Position numbers and translations under genes: made by a program. The notes beneath the pieces are model-generated. The model saw only the letters and a program-made list of their open reading frames with translations. It searched no databases and was not told the DNA's origin. Positions 40,709-50,130 of a DNA stretch of 64,000 nucleotides are shown here, piece by piece (within the stretch, counting starts at the first letter, position 1; each line of letters opens with the position of its first letter). Origin of the DNA: Candidatus Omnitrophota bacterium (lineage in GTDB: Bacteria; Omnitrophota; Gorgyraeia; Duberdicusellales; 4484-171). The stretch lies in the NCBI GenBank assembly GCA_037146775.1, contig JBAWWL010000002.1, positions 262,554-326,553 of the forward strand. Reading direction: 5' to 3'.

Positions 40709-41188
40709 TATGTCGTACATAGTACATAGGGGGCAGTACAGCATATATAGCATGTAGTATATAGTCGGGTAACAAGAAGGAAAAAAGAGTGGAAGAGAAG
40801 ATAAAAACTTTTAAGGATCTAAGAATCTGGCAAAAGGCGATGGAGATCGTTAAAGATATTTACCAGGTAACCAACTCTTTTCCAAAAGAAGAGCTTTATG
40901 GTTTAACATCCCAGATGCGAAGATGTGCGGTGTCTCTTGCTTCGAATATTGCCGAGGGTTTTAAGAGATATCACAATAAAGAGTACAAACAATTTCTACA
41001 TATTATGTTAGGATCTGCGGCTGAATTAGAAACGCAGCTACTAATATCAGAAGAACTTAGATACATTAACAAGGAAGAAACGGAAAAAATATGTGAGAAA
41101 TTAGAGCATCTTTCGAGGATGACCACAGTTCTTATCCGTAAGCTTAAGTAACTTTTCACTATATACGATATACTATTTACAATGTACA
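40699..41188. mobile_element. Four-helix-bundle gene bracketed by inverted module-A arms
   Basis: Upstream TAGTATATAGTATGTCGTACATAGTACATAG (40699-40767 arm); downstream ACTATATACGATATACTATTTACAATGTAC (from 41158). Confidence 0.55.
40789..41151 (+). CDS. Four helix bundle protein (23S rRNA IVS protein / bAvd-like fold)
   Basis: FKDLRIWQKA, FPKEELYGLTSQMRR.AVS..SNIAEG, GS.AELETQL. Confidence 0.92.
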   Translation: MEEKIKTFKDLRIWQKAMEIVKDIYQVTNSFPKEELYGLTSQMRRCAVSLASNIAEGFKRYHNKEYKQFLHIMLGSAAELETQLLISEELRYINKEETEKICEKLEHLSRMTTVLIRKLK

Positions 41189-41210
41189 TTTATAAAAGGA
41201 ATTAAATAAG

Positions 41211-42389
41211 ATGTCTTTACCATCAGCGCATGTAGCAGTGGGTATGGGGGTACCGTTTCTGGCGGGGTTAGCCAGATTTCTGGCGACAAAACGCCTAACA
41301 GCCAGGCTTTTGTTTGTTACGGTAATCTTTATGATGTTTTGTGCGCTCTGGGCGGTTATTCCTGATATACCGCAAATGCTGCCAAAAGAGTTTCAGCATT
41401 GGGAATCAAAAATTATGCATTCAGGTTATGCTGATGTATTTTTCTTCCACGGTTTTTTAGATGAGCACAATAGCGAGGATAGGGGCCTGCTTGAGGGAGC
41501 CATGGCAATATACGCCATGTTTTTTCTTATGCTCTTTGCTTCGGCTAAAACCGTGCGCGATAATCAGAAAAAAATAGATAGAATGAAAGGTAATCCTTCG
41601 TCACCTACGGTCTTGGATTCGCTTGAAAAGATGAGTCATAAAGACATGGTCGATATCCATTGCCATATATTGCCAGGAGTTGATGATGGCCCGGATACAA
41701 TAGAGGATTCGCTTGCGATGTGTAGAAGACTACATGAGTTGGGAGTGGTGCATATTGTGGCTACTCCGCATCTACCCTGGAGAGAAAAATATGAGGTAGA
41801 TAAAATAACTGCCGCGTATAATTTATTAAAAGATGCACTTGTAAAAGAGAATATTGCGATAGAGCTTTCTCTGGGCGCAGATATCAGGATAAGCTGGGAT
41901 TTGATAGAGAGGTTAAAAAATGGATCTCTGCTTACTTTAGCCAAGGGCCGATATTTTCTTTTAGAATTAGATGATTTCACTGTCCCGCCAGGATTAGAGG
42001 ATTTCATCAAACGTTGCAATAAGGAAGGTTTTTATCCGGTGCTTACACATCCGGAGAGAAATGTTTTATTTTGTTCAGATTATGAAAGAATAAGAAAGAT
42101 TGCACAACTCCCAGTATTAATCCAAATTAGTTCTTGCAGCTTGGTCGGTTCTTTAGGTGCTGCAGCGAAAAGAGCGGCTATGGATTGGCTTAAACTTGAT
42201 TTAGTAGATGTGATGGCTTCGGATGCGCATGCGGTGAATATGCGGTTAGAAGAATTTAATAAAGGTTTATTTGCGGCACAAAAGATCACAGACCGTAAGC
42301 GACTTGAGGATTTGGTCATTGCTACGCCTTCAGCTATCGTACAAAATAAGGAGATTGAAGTAATAAAGAGAAATATAAAAAGTACATAG
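41211..42389 (+). CDS. PHP-family protein-tyrosine phosphatase (CpsB/YwqE-like) with N-terminal membrane domain
   Basis: DIHCHILPGVDDG, ATPH, THPERN, ASDAH; hydrophobic first ~115 aa. Confidence 0.85.
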   Translation: MSLPSAHVAVGMGVPFLAGLARFLATKRLTARLLFVTVIFMMFCALWAVIPDIPQMLPKEFQHWESKIMHSGYADVFFFHGFLDEHNSEDRGLLEGAMAIYAMFFLMLFASAKTVRDNQKKIDRMKGNPSSPTVLDSLEKMSHKDMVDIHCHILPGVDDGPDTIEDSLAMCRRLHELGVVHIVATPHLPWREKYEVDKITAAYNLLKDALVKENIAIELSLGADIRISWDLIERLKNGSLLTLAKGRYFLLELDDFTVPPGLEDFIKRCNKEGFYPVLTHPERNVLFCSDYERIRKIAQLPVLIQISSCSLVGSLGAAAKRAAMDWLKLDLVDVMASDAHAVNMRLEEFNKGLFAAQKITDRKRLEDLVIATPSAIVQNKEIEVIKRNIKST

Positions 42390-42488
42390 TATGTCGTACA
42401 TTGTACATAGTACAAATAAACCCTAAACACTAAACTCTAAATCCTAAATAAATTCAAAATCACAAACTAGAAATTTCAAACTTAAAAC
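42381..42488. repeat. Composite spacer: module A then half of module B
   Basis: AGTACATAGTATGTCGTACATTGTACATAG; 42414-42452 is the exact reverse complement of 57743-57781. Confidence 0.75.
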
Positions 42489-42519
42489 AAGATTATTGCA
42501 TATTGGAGGTAGTAAATAT

Positions 42520-43263
42520 ATGAAGAATAAAAGCTGTTATAGCTATGGATGGGTGCCGGATGTGCCGGATCAGAGGGATTTTTTGTATAAGGCGATTAAG
42601 CCAATAGTGCGGATAAAGAAAAAAGTTGATTTAAGGCATTATTGCTCTGCTGTGGAAGTTCAGGGGCAGTTAGGTAGCTGTACAGCGCAGGCTTTGGCAG
42701 GGAGTTTAGAGTTTTTGGATAATAAAGATGGCACGTATGTGGATGTAAGCCGGCTATTTATCTATTATAATGAGCGAGTGTTGATTAACGCGGTTGAATA
42801 TGATTCAGGAGCGTCGTTACGAGACGGAATAAAAACATTAAAGAATGACGGAGCATGTGAAGAGAGGCTTTGGCCATATATCATTAGCAAGTTTGATCAT
42901 AAACCATCGCTTAAGTGTTATAAAGAGGCAAAGGAGCATAGAATTGTTTCATATCACCGCTTAAGAGGTATACCGGAGATGTTAGCGTGTTTAAGTGAAG
43001 GGTATCCGTTTGTGTTCGGCTTTACGGTTTATGAGAGTTTTGAGAGCGAGAAAGTGACCGAGACAGGTGTGGTACAGATGCCTGGTAAAGATGAAGTCGC
43101 GCTTAGCGGGCACGCGGTGATGGCCGTAGGGTATTCGCAGGCGGATAAGCGGTTCCTGGTAAGGAATTCTTGGGGGGCCGGATGGGGTGTGGATGGGTAC
43201 TTTACTATGCCGTTTAAGTATTTAGAGACGTTGGCAGGAGATTTTTGGACAATCAGAAAATAA
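42520..43263 (+). CDS. C1 (papain-like) cysteine peptidase
   Basis: QGQLGSCTA (Cys), GHAVMAVGY (His), RNSWG (Asn); GGAGG before ATG 42520. Confidence 0.9.
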   Translation: MKNKSCYSYGWVPDVPDQRDFLYKAIKPIVRIKKKVDLRHYCSAVEVQGQLGSCTAQALAGSLEFLDNKDGTYVDVSRLFIYYNERVLINAVEYDSGASLRDGIKTLKNDGACEERLWPYIISKFDHKPSLKCYKEAKEHRIVSYHRLRGIPEMLACLSEGYPFVFGFTVYESFESEKVTETGVVQMPGKDEVALSGHAVMAVGYSQADKRFLVRNSWGAGWGVDGYFTMPFKYLETLAGDFWTIRK

Positions 43264-44092
43264 TTAGGTTGATATGTTGATAGGTTAATAGGTTGTCAGG
43301 TTATTATGTTGATAAGTTAATAGGCGACAAGGGATGGGAAGGGAAAAAGCAAAAATCAAAACGAAAAAGGTAAAACGAATTAAAGTAGAAAGTTAAAAAG
43401 TTTTTTGAATACTCCTGACTCGGCTGAATATGCGGAAAATTCTAATGAGACTTGCCCGATTTTATCGGGCTTAGGCGAATTATAATTTTCCGCAACCTCG
43501 TCGGAGTAATCTTTGGCGCATCAATCTCTCGGTTGTTCCTGGAATGTTCTGCTGGGTTACCCCACAGGGTGCCCTGGTGAGTTGAGGGCCGAGGATCTAT
43601 GCGCGTCGATTAAAATAAATCTGCGAGAAGCTGCTAAATAGGGAACTAATTTCCTACCAGAAGAGTCTAATTTGTATAGTACATAGTCGTGAGTATTATA
43701 TAGGTTAATAGGTTATTATGTTGATATGTTGATAGGCTATTTAATAAGGGGCTATTAGAAAAGTGGTAAAAAAGGGACAGGAAGGGGTGGAAAGGGTTAG
43801 GAAGGGGAGGGAAGATTAACGAATTAAATAATTAAAGAATTAACGGATTAAGATATTAACGAACTAACGAATTAAGAGATTAACGAATGAACTGATTAAG
43901 ATAAAAAAGGAAAAAATTAAATATCAAAAACATTCCGTTAATCGTTGAACGGTGGCGATGCTCGTTTCGGTTGCGTTAATCGTCAATCGGCTTTATTTTT
44001 TATGATATTTATGACTCAACCGTTATACGCGGGACGATACGAGCCGCGCCTGCCTCGCCGGCAAGGCGGGTAACCGCTCAACGCATAACGAG
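43264..44092. repeat. Largest composite spacer: D, E, two long hairpins, A, D, C, F, 22-bp palindrome
   Basis: TAGGTTGATATGTTGATAGGTTAATAGG; 43815-43851 identical to 54974-55010; CCTGCCTCGCCGGCAAGGCGGG at 44049-44070. Confidence 0.75.
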
Positions 44093-44145
44093 GTATTTTT
44101 CATAAACACTTGTCTATCAATCGATTATATAAAATATTACTTAAA

Positions 44146-44199
44146 TAACAACTTTTAAGTTGTTAAATACTTGACAATACAACTTATATAGTGTAAATT
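44146..44199 (+). promoter_or_regulatory. Sigma70 promoter with palindromic operator for the TA pair
   Basis: TAACAACTT-TT-AAGTTGTTA (44146-44165); TTGACA 44171, 17 nt, TAAATT 44194; second ACAACTT half-site in the spacer. Confidence 0.7.
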
Positions 44200-44208
44200 A
44201 TAAGTGCT

Positions 44209-44931
44209 ATGGAAGGCAAGAGAATGGTGCAATATCAGCAAAGTGTATTAAAAGCCTTATCTAATAAGGTAAACGATTTTTATCTTGTCGGAGGTACGGC
44301 GCTTAGCCTTTTTTATTTTCAACATAGACTATCCGTAGATTTGGATTTTTTTACGCCTAAATTATCGTTTGCGAGAGTAAAAGAGATAGTTGATTACCTG
44401 CAAAAGGCTTTGGAATGTAAAGAAATCAAACTAATAGCGCAGAACCTTGAAAAAGATAAGACAAAAATGCTTATCTATAATATTAATTTTTCTACCGCCG
44501 ATATATTGAAAATTGATTTTGTAGAAGATGTTTTTGAACTAATAACAGAAGTTAAGACTGTTGACGGTATTAGAGTGTTATCATTGGAAGACATCTACAT
44601 CAGAAAGATATATGCGGTTTGCGGTAATATCGAAATAGAGGATGATGTCGGGCGCAAAAATTTTATTGGCGGGAGAGTCGCCGCGAAGGATTTCTACGAT
44701 CTTTATTTTCTTTCTCATGTTTTTATGCCGTTGTCTGGTTTTGCGCAAAAACATTGCGACGCGGCAACAAAAGAGTCTTTAATTCGCTGGTTTAAAATGT
44801 ATGACAGGATGACCATGGTTGACGGAATTTTACAAATCGATACGGAAAAAAATGTAAATGCTAAAAGTATCGAGAAACATTTTGCTAAAGAAGTTGGAAA
44901 GATTATCGAGCAGCAAATAGGTGAAATATGA
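44209..44931 (+). CDS. AbiEii/AbiGii-family nucleotidyltransferase toxin
   Basis: FYLVGGTAL..HRLSVDLDFF, K, R..KDFYDLY. Confidence 0.85.
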   Translation: MEGKRMVQYQQSVLKALSNKVNDFYLVGGTALSLFYFQHRLSVDLDFFTPKLSFARVKEIVDYLQKALECKEIKLIAQNLEKDKTKMLIYNINFSTADILKIDFVEDVFELITEVKTVDGIRVLSLEDIYIRKIYAVCGNIEIEDDVGRKNFIGGRVAAKDFYDLYFLSHVFMPLSGFAQKHCDAATKESLIRWFKMYDRMTMVDGILQIDTEKNVNAKSIEKHFAKEVGKIIEQQIGEI

Positions 44932-45449
44932 AAAACAATTGGTTGTGGGACATGAAAGTAAACGAAGCAGAAGTAAAGGCAGCACTTAAAGACCCCACAC
45001 ATAAAGATTTTTTACGTTTTGCGGCTTTACTCCTTGCGCGGAATAATGAACCAAAACAGGTATTCAGTGAATATCTTGATCCGCTTGTCTTCTGTAAATA
45101 TTGGCAAGGTATTAAACGCCGGATGCGTGAAGATAAATGGGTTCAGGGAAGGATAATCTTTTGGCAGGCGATATATGACAGTTTAAAGGAGAAGTATCGC
45201 GCTAGAGGAATAATCTTTAAAAAAGAGCCTGTACCTGAAAAAAACCATCTGTGCAAAGAAGTTGGTGACAAGGTCAGCGCTTTACGCCACAGCCAGCATT
45301 TATCACAAAAAGGATTAGCAGAAAAAATGGGTATTTCCCAACAGTTAATTTCACGTATTGAAAAAGGAAGAGAGAACGTTTCTTTATCTACTTTGGATAA
45401 TGTTGCGCGTGCCTTGGGGAAGAAAGTAGAAATTAGCATGAACGTTTAG
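44928..45449 (+). CDS. Putative antitoxin: N-terminal WLWD domain plus C-terminal Xre HTH
   Basis: ATGA overlap with toxin; LSQKGLAEKMGISQQLISRIEKG..SLSTL. Confidence 0.75.
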   Translation: MKNNWLWDMKVNEAEVKAALKDPTHKDFLRFAALLLARNNEPKQVFSEYLDPLVFCKYWQGIKRRMREDKWVQGRIIFWQAIYDSLKEKYRARGIIFKKEPVPEKNHLCKEVGDKVSALRHSQHLSQKGLAEKMGISQQLISRIEKGRENVSLSTLDNVARALGKKVEISMNV

Positions 45450-45617
45450 TAGAGAGTATGTCGTACGTAGTATGTAGTCGTGAGTATTGAGAGAAAGTAT
45501 ATAGTATGTAGTACATGGTATATAGTGGGGGATGGAATCGGTGGACGGTAACGGTTACATTAGAAATATTAAAAATCAAAATGACATAGTCGATAGTATA
45601 TAGTATATCGTATATAG
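45447..45617. repeat. Composite spacer: A, F, E-like, A
   Basis: TAGTAGAGAGTATGTCGTACGTAGTATGTAGTCGTGAGTATTGAG; ACGGTAACGGTTAC; TAGTATATAGTATATCGTATATAG. Confidence 0.75.
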
Positions 45618-45650
45618 CTGTGAATATAAGCCAGCTAATTTAGATTGCGC

Positions 45651-45679
45651 TTGTCTGGACATATTTTTGGTATTAAAAT
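45651..45679 (+). promoter_or_regulatory. Putative sigma70 promoter for tolC-macAB
   Basis: TTGTCT, 17 nt, TAAAAT. Confidence 0.45.
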
Positions 45680-45745
45680 AGAAAAGAAGTAGTAAAAATT
45701 ATATAAAAGTTAAGAAGTAAGGTTGTTAAGGAAGAAGGGTAAGGA

Positions 45746-47035
45746 TTGAAAAGTTTAAGAGCAAGTATATTATTTTTATTTATTTCTCTTTTTCTTGTAA
45801 ATACAGTTTATTCTGCTGAGACGCTTAGCTGGATTGACTGCGTAAAAGAGGCGGCAAAGAATAATCCTGACCTGATTGCGGCAAGCGAAGAGATTAAACA
45901 ATTCCAGGCTGATAAAACTATTACTGCAAGCGCGCTTTTTCCACAGGTAAGCGGCAGTATGGGCGCCTCAACTACAAAAGTGCCGCTTACGACCGGTAAA
46001 ATGATTACCGGCACCTCGACAAGAGACAGCTATACTTACGGCTTAGATGCTACCCAGCTCATTTTTGACGGATTTAAGACTATTAACGAGATCAGGTCTG
46101 CCTCGGAAAATATAAAAGCCGCCCAATATAACTATCGTTTTACTTCAACCGAAGTACGCCTGAGACTACGCAGCGCCTTTGTCGAGCTTTTGGCGGCGCA
46201 AGAGCAGGTGAGAATTGCCGAGCAGATTTTTGAGCTTAGAAAACGAAATCTGGAGTTGGTCAGGTTACGCTATGAATCAGGGATGGAGCACAGGGGGGCA
46301 TTATTGGTGGCGCGCGCGAATTTAGGCCAGGCAAAATACGAGATCAAACAAGCCAGGAGAAATATCAATATAGCCCGGCAGAAACTAACCAAAGAGATGG
46401 GTAGAGCCGCGTTCAAGTTAGTGCGGGCTCAAGGGACGCTTGAGGTGGGTGATTCGGCAAAAGTGAAACCGGATTTTGAAAAAATAGCGAAAGATAATCC
46501 GTCGTTGCAGCAGTCCATCGCTTTGACACGCGCGGCTAACTATAATCTCAAAGCTACCTATGCGAATTTTTTCCCCACTATCACCGGCGATGCCGGTACG
46601 GGTAAAACCAGCCAGCTGTGGCCGGCCCACGGCGATACTTGGAATGCCGGCCTTACGGTGTCGCTGCCGATATTTGAGGGTGGCTCGCGTATGGCTCAGG
46701 TAGCGCAAGCGAGAGCCCTGTTAAACCAGTTAGAGGCGAATACCAGAAGCACAAAATATTCTGTGGTAGTCGCTCTTGAACAAACCTGGAATATATTACA
46801 GGATATGGTGGATCAAGTAGGAGTGCAGCACCAAATGTTGCTTGCTTCCGACGAACGTTCTAAGATTGCTCAGGCGCAATACTCATTAGGCTACATGACG
46901 TTTGATAACTGGACGATCATTGAAGATAATTTGGTAAAGTCGAAAAAGCTTTTTTTAGACGCGCAGGCAGCCGCCTTGCTGGCGCAGGCAAATTGGGTTC
47001 AGGCGAAAGGAGATACGTTAGAATATGAAGAATAA
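45746..47035 (+). CDS. TolC-family outer membrane efflux protein
   Basis: Signal peptide, NNPDL, FP.V/I, LIFDGF, LPIFEGG duplicated halves. Confidence 0.88.
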   Translation: MKSLRASILFLFISLFLVNTVYSAETLSWIDCVKEAAKNNPDLIAASEEIKQFQADKTITASALFPQVSGSMGASTTKVPLTTGKMITGTSTRDSYTYGLDATQLIFDGFKTINEIRSASENIKAAQYNYRFTSTEVRLRLRSAFVELLAAQEQVRIAEQIFELRKRNLELVRLRYESGMEHRGALLVARANLGQAKYEIKQARRNINIARQKLTKEMGRAAFKLVRAQGTLEVGDSAKVKPDFEKIAKDNPSLQQSIALTRAANYNLKATYANFFPTITGDAGTGKTSQLWPAHGDTWNAGLTVSLPIFEGGSRMAQVAQARALLNQLEANTRSTKYSVVVALEQTWNILQDMVDQVGVQHQMLLASDERSKIAQAQYSLGYMTFDNWTIIEDNLVKSKKLFLDAQAAALLAQANWVQAKGDTLEYEE

Positions 47036-48011
47036 AAAAATAATAGTATTTTTAGTAGTGTTGGCCGTGGTAATAAGCGCATTTTTTTTGGTAAAGAAAA
47101 ACAGTAAGACAGGATCAGCTAATGAATTGACCAAAGAAATAAACCCGACTATCGGCACCATACGCGTGATTATTTCAACTACCGGTACGGTTTTACCCAA
47201 GAACCGCTTGGCGATAAAACCGCCGGTAAACGGCCGCGTTGATAGCATTTTGGTACACGAAGGGGATATGGTAACAATTGGACAGACGTTAGCCTGGATG
47301 AGCTCTATCGAGCGCGCTGCTTTGCTTGATGCCGCACGGGCACAGGGTGAGGCGGTAGTACAATATTGGCAACGAGTATATAAAGGAATACCCTTGCTGT
47401 CTCCTATTGGCGGAGAAGTCATTGTCGCCACAGTTCAGCCCGGCCAAACGGTCACCACCAACGATCCGGTTATGGTGATATCGGATCATTTGATCATTCG
47501 CGCGCAGGTGGATGAAACGGATATCGGAAAAATCTCCGTCGGTCAGAAGGCAGTAGTTAGCCTGGACGCGTATCCCAACAATAAAATAGCCGCAATCGTG
47601 GAGCATATGTATTATGAATCAAAAACAGTCAATAATGTAACTATCTATGAAGTTGATCTCGTACCGGAAATAGTACCGCCTTTTTTCCGCTCCGGGATGA
47701 ATGCATCTATAGATTTTGTGATAGACAGTAAAGAAAATATTTTGGTTATCCCTGTTGAGGCGGTGCAGCGAGTAGACAACGAAACTTTTGTGATGCTGCA
47801 CTCAGGGAAGGGCAAGGGGTCGGTTAAGCGCCAGGTAAGCCTGGGTATTTCTGATGATAAGAATATTGAAGTTTTATCCGGATTAAACGAAGATGACGCC
47901 ATCGTAGTAAAAAGTAAAAAATACGCTCTTCCTAAGAGCGATACTGGAACAAATCCTTTTATGCCGGGCCGTAAGAAGCCAACCCAGCCCAGTTCCGGCC
48001 AAAGCCGTTAG
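47025..48011 (+). CDS. Periplasmic adaptor subunit (MacA-like)
   Basis: N-terminal TM, G.V..I.V.EGD.V..GQ, VDETDIGK, VEVLSGL-like motif. Confidence 0.85.
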   Translation: MKNKKIIVFLVVLAVVISAFFLVKKNSKTGSANELTKEINPTIGTIRVIISTTGTVLPKNRLAIKPPVNGRVDSILVHEGDMVTIGQTLAWMSSIERAALLDAARAQGEAVVQYWQRVYKGIPLLSPIGGEVIVATVQPGQTVTTNDPVMVISDHLIIRAQVDETDIGKISVGQKAVVSLDAYPNNKIAAIVEHMYYESKTVNNVTIYEVDLVPEIVPPFFRSGMNASIDFVIDSKENILVIPVEAVQRVDNETFVMLHSGKGKGSVKRQVSLGISDDKNIEVLSGLNEDDAIVVKSKKYALPKSDTGTNPFMPGRKKPTQPSSGQSR

Positions 48012-48016
48012 AAATT

Positions 48017-49987
48017 ATGATAGAACTCAAAGGTATCAATAAAACTTATGTAATGGGTAAGGTGGAAGTAAAGGCACTTAATGAGGTGTCTTTAAAAATC
48101 TCAGCCGGTGAATTTGTGGCAATTATGGGCTCTTCCGGATCAGGTAAGTCTACGCTTATGCATATCCTGGGTTTGCTTGATAGGCCCGATTCCGGGTCAT
48201 ATTCTCTGGGTGATAAAGACATCACCAAACTTTCCGATGAAGAGTTAGCTAATTTACGCAACCGGTTCATCGGATTTGTTTTCCAGCAGTTTCATTTACT
48301 GCCCAGAATGACCGCGCTTGAGAACGCGGAGTTACCTTTGATTTATGCCGGCAAAAGGCATTTAAAAGAAAAAGCCAAAGAGGAGCTTAAGGAAGTTGGT
48401 TTAGCGGATAGAATGCTTCATCAGCCAAATGAAATGTCCGGAGGCCAGCAACAGCGGGTGGCGATTGCCCGCTCATTAGTGAATGAGCCGTTAATACTGT
48501 TGGCAGATGAGCCTACCGGTAACCTTGATTCAAAAAGTAAAGAAGAAATAATTAACATATTAAAGAAATTGAACGAAAAAGGCAAAACCGTAGTTATTGT
48601 TACGCATGAAAAAGAGGTGGCAGCACATGCTAAGCGCGTTATTCAGATGCGCGACGGCCAGATCATCTCTGATGAATGCATGGTGCGTGAAAAGCAGATG
48701 TGCGAATCAATCGCGGAACAAACGAATCTGGTAAATGCCGCTTTATCAACGCCGCATAAAGTTTCCGGAGAAACAAAGTTTTTAGATTACTTACGCCAGG
48801 CGGTATTTGCGATGGTCTCGCATAAGATGAGGTCTTTATTGTCTATTCTGGGAATCTTAATCGGGGTAGCTGCAGTTATTGCCATGCTGGCAATAGGTGA
48901 GGGTGCCAAGTCTTCCATTGAAAAACAACTCGCTTCTCTGGGTTCGAATCTTTTATCGATTAGGCCGGGTTCCGCAAAATTACACGGAGTATCTATGGGT
49001 GCAGGCGCGGTAACGCGGTTTACCTTTGCGGATGTAGTAATGATTTCTAAACTGGGTGATGCGATCGCAAGAATATATCCCTCGGTAAATGGCAGGGGGC
49101 AGATTGTTTATGGTAATAAAAACTGGAATACTCAGGTTGAGGGTGTAGGCGTAGAGTATGCCGAAATGCGCGCGTCTGTTCCTATAATCGGAAGATTTTT
49201 TACCGAGCAAGAATTACGCATGAGAGAAAAGGTGGCAGTTTTAGGGGTGACGGTGGTAAAAGAATTATTCGGCGAAGACAACCCTGTTGGCCAAACCATA
49301 AAGATGAATTTGATTAATTTTAAGGTTATCGGAGTTTTACCCGAAAAGGGGGCGAGTTCCTGGCATGATCAGGATGATTATGCAATTATCCCGGTTACTA
49401 CCGCCATGTATAGAGTGTTTGGCAAACAATATATTGACTCGATTTTTGTAGAAGTAAAAAGCCCGGAACTGATTGAATCTACCCAGGAGCTTTTGACAAA
49501 AGCAATCATCAAACAGCATCGTCTGACCAAAGACGAAGAAGACTCTTTCCAAATTCGCAACATGTCCGATATAAAAGCGACTCTGGAAACTACCACTAAG
49601 ACTATGTCGATGTTGTTGGGCGCCATTGCCGCCATATCGCTTCTTGTGGGGGGTATCGGCATTATGAATATTATGTTGGTTTCGGTGACTGAGCGCACCA
49701 GGGAAATTGGTTTACGTAAGGCAATTGGAGCGACCAATAAAGACATTATGGTGCAGTTTCTTATTGAGGCGATACTGATGTCTTTTATCGGCGGTATCGT
49801 GGGTGTACTTCTTGGTGCAGGTATCGCGGTGCTTATTACATTTTTTGCCGGTTGGGCAGTAAAACTTTCCGGGTTTTCAATAGTACTGGCGACAACATTT
49901 TCTTTGGTAATAGGAATATTGTTTGGGATTTGGCCGGCTCAAAAAGCGGCGCAGCTTGATCCTATCGAGGCGCTGCGTTATGAATGA
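48017..49987 (+). CDS. macB: MacB-family ABC transporter (ATPase plus permease)
   Basis: GSSGSGKST, MSGGQQQRVAIAR, LADEPTGNLD, GGIGIMNIMLVSVTERTREIG, DPIEALRYE. Confidence 0.9.
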   Translation: MIELKGINKTYVMGKVEVKALNEVSLKISAGEFVAIMGSSGSGKSTLMHILGLLDRPDSGSYSLGDKDITKLSDEELANLRNRFIGFVFQQFHLLPRMTALENAELPLIYAGKRHLKEKAKEELKEVGLADRMLHQPNEMSGGQQQRVAIARSLVNEPLILLADEPTGNLDSKSKEEIINILKKLNEKGKTVVIVTHEKEVAAHAKRVIQMRDGQIISDECMVREKQMCESIAEQTNLVNAALSTPHKVSGETKFLDYLRQAVFAMVSHKMRSLLSILGILIGVAAVIAMLAIGEGAKSSIEKQLASLGSNLLSIRPGSAKLHGVSMGAGAVTRFTFADVVMISKLGDAIARIYPSVNGRGQIVYGNKNWNTQVEGVGVEYAEMRASVPIIGRFFTEQELRMREKVAVLGVTVVKELFGEDNPVGQTIKMNLINFKVIGVLPEKGASSWHDQDDYAIIPVTTAMYRVFGKQYIDSIFVEVKSPELIESTQELLTKAIIKQHRLTKDEEDSFQIRNMSDIKATLETTTKTMSMLLGAIAAISLLVGGIGIMNIMLVSVTERTREIGLRKAIGATNKDIMVQFLIEAILMSFIGGIVGVLLGAGIAVLITFFAGWAVKLSGFSIVLATTFSLVIGILFGIWPAQKAAQLDPIEALRYE

Positions 49988-49998
49988 TGATAGAAAAA

Positions 49999-50039
49999 TT
50001 GACAGACAGCAGAGGCAGCATTAAAATAGTTACTATTTT
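49999..50039 (+). promoter_or_regulatory. Putative sigma70 promoter for plsC with overlapping palindrome
   Basis: TTGACA 49999, 17 nt, TAAAAT 50022; AAAATAGT-T-ACTATTTT 50023-50039. Confidence 0.6.
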
Positions 50040-50130
50040 TCGCAAAAGCTCACGAGAAATGAATTGAATATTCTCCAAAGTTCGTAAAAGGCAAACCCCG
50101 GAGAGATTTCTTGGTAACAAGGTGTTTTAA

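Noticed and set aside
40789-41151. Diversity-generating retroelement suggested by the Avd-like fold
   Set aside because: No reverse transcriptase and no template/variable repeat pair with adenine-specific mismatches seen in the window
50078-50115. GGCAAAC motif suggesting a c-di-GMP-I riboswitch
   Set aside because: The downstream GNRA stem and GACGCAAA elements are missing
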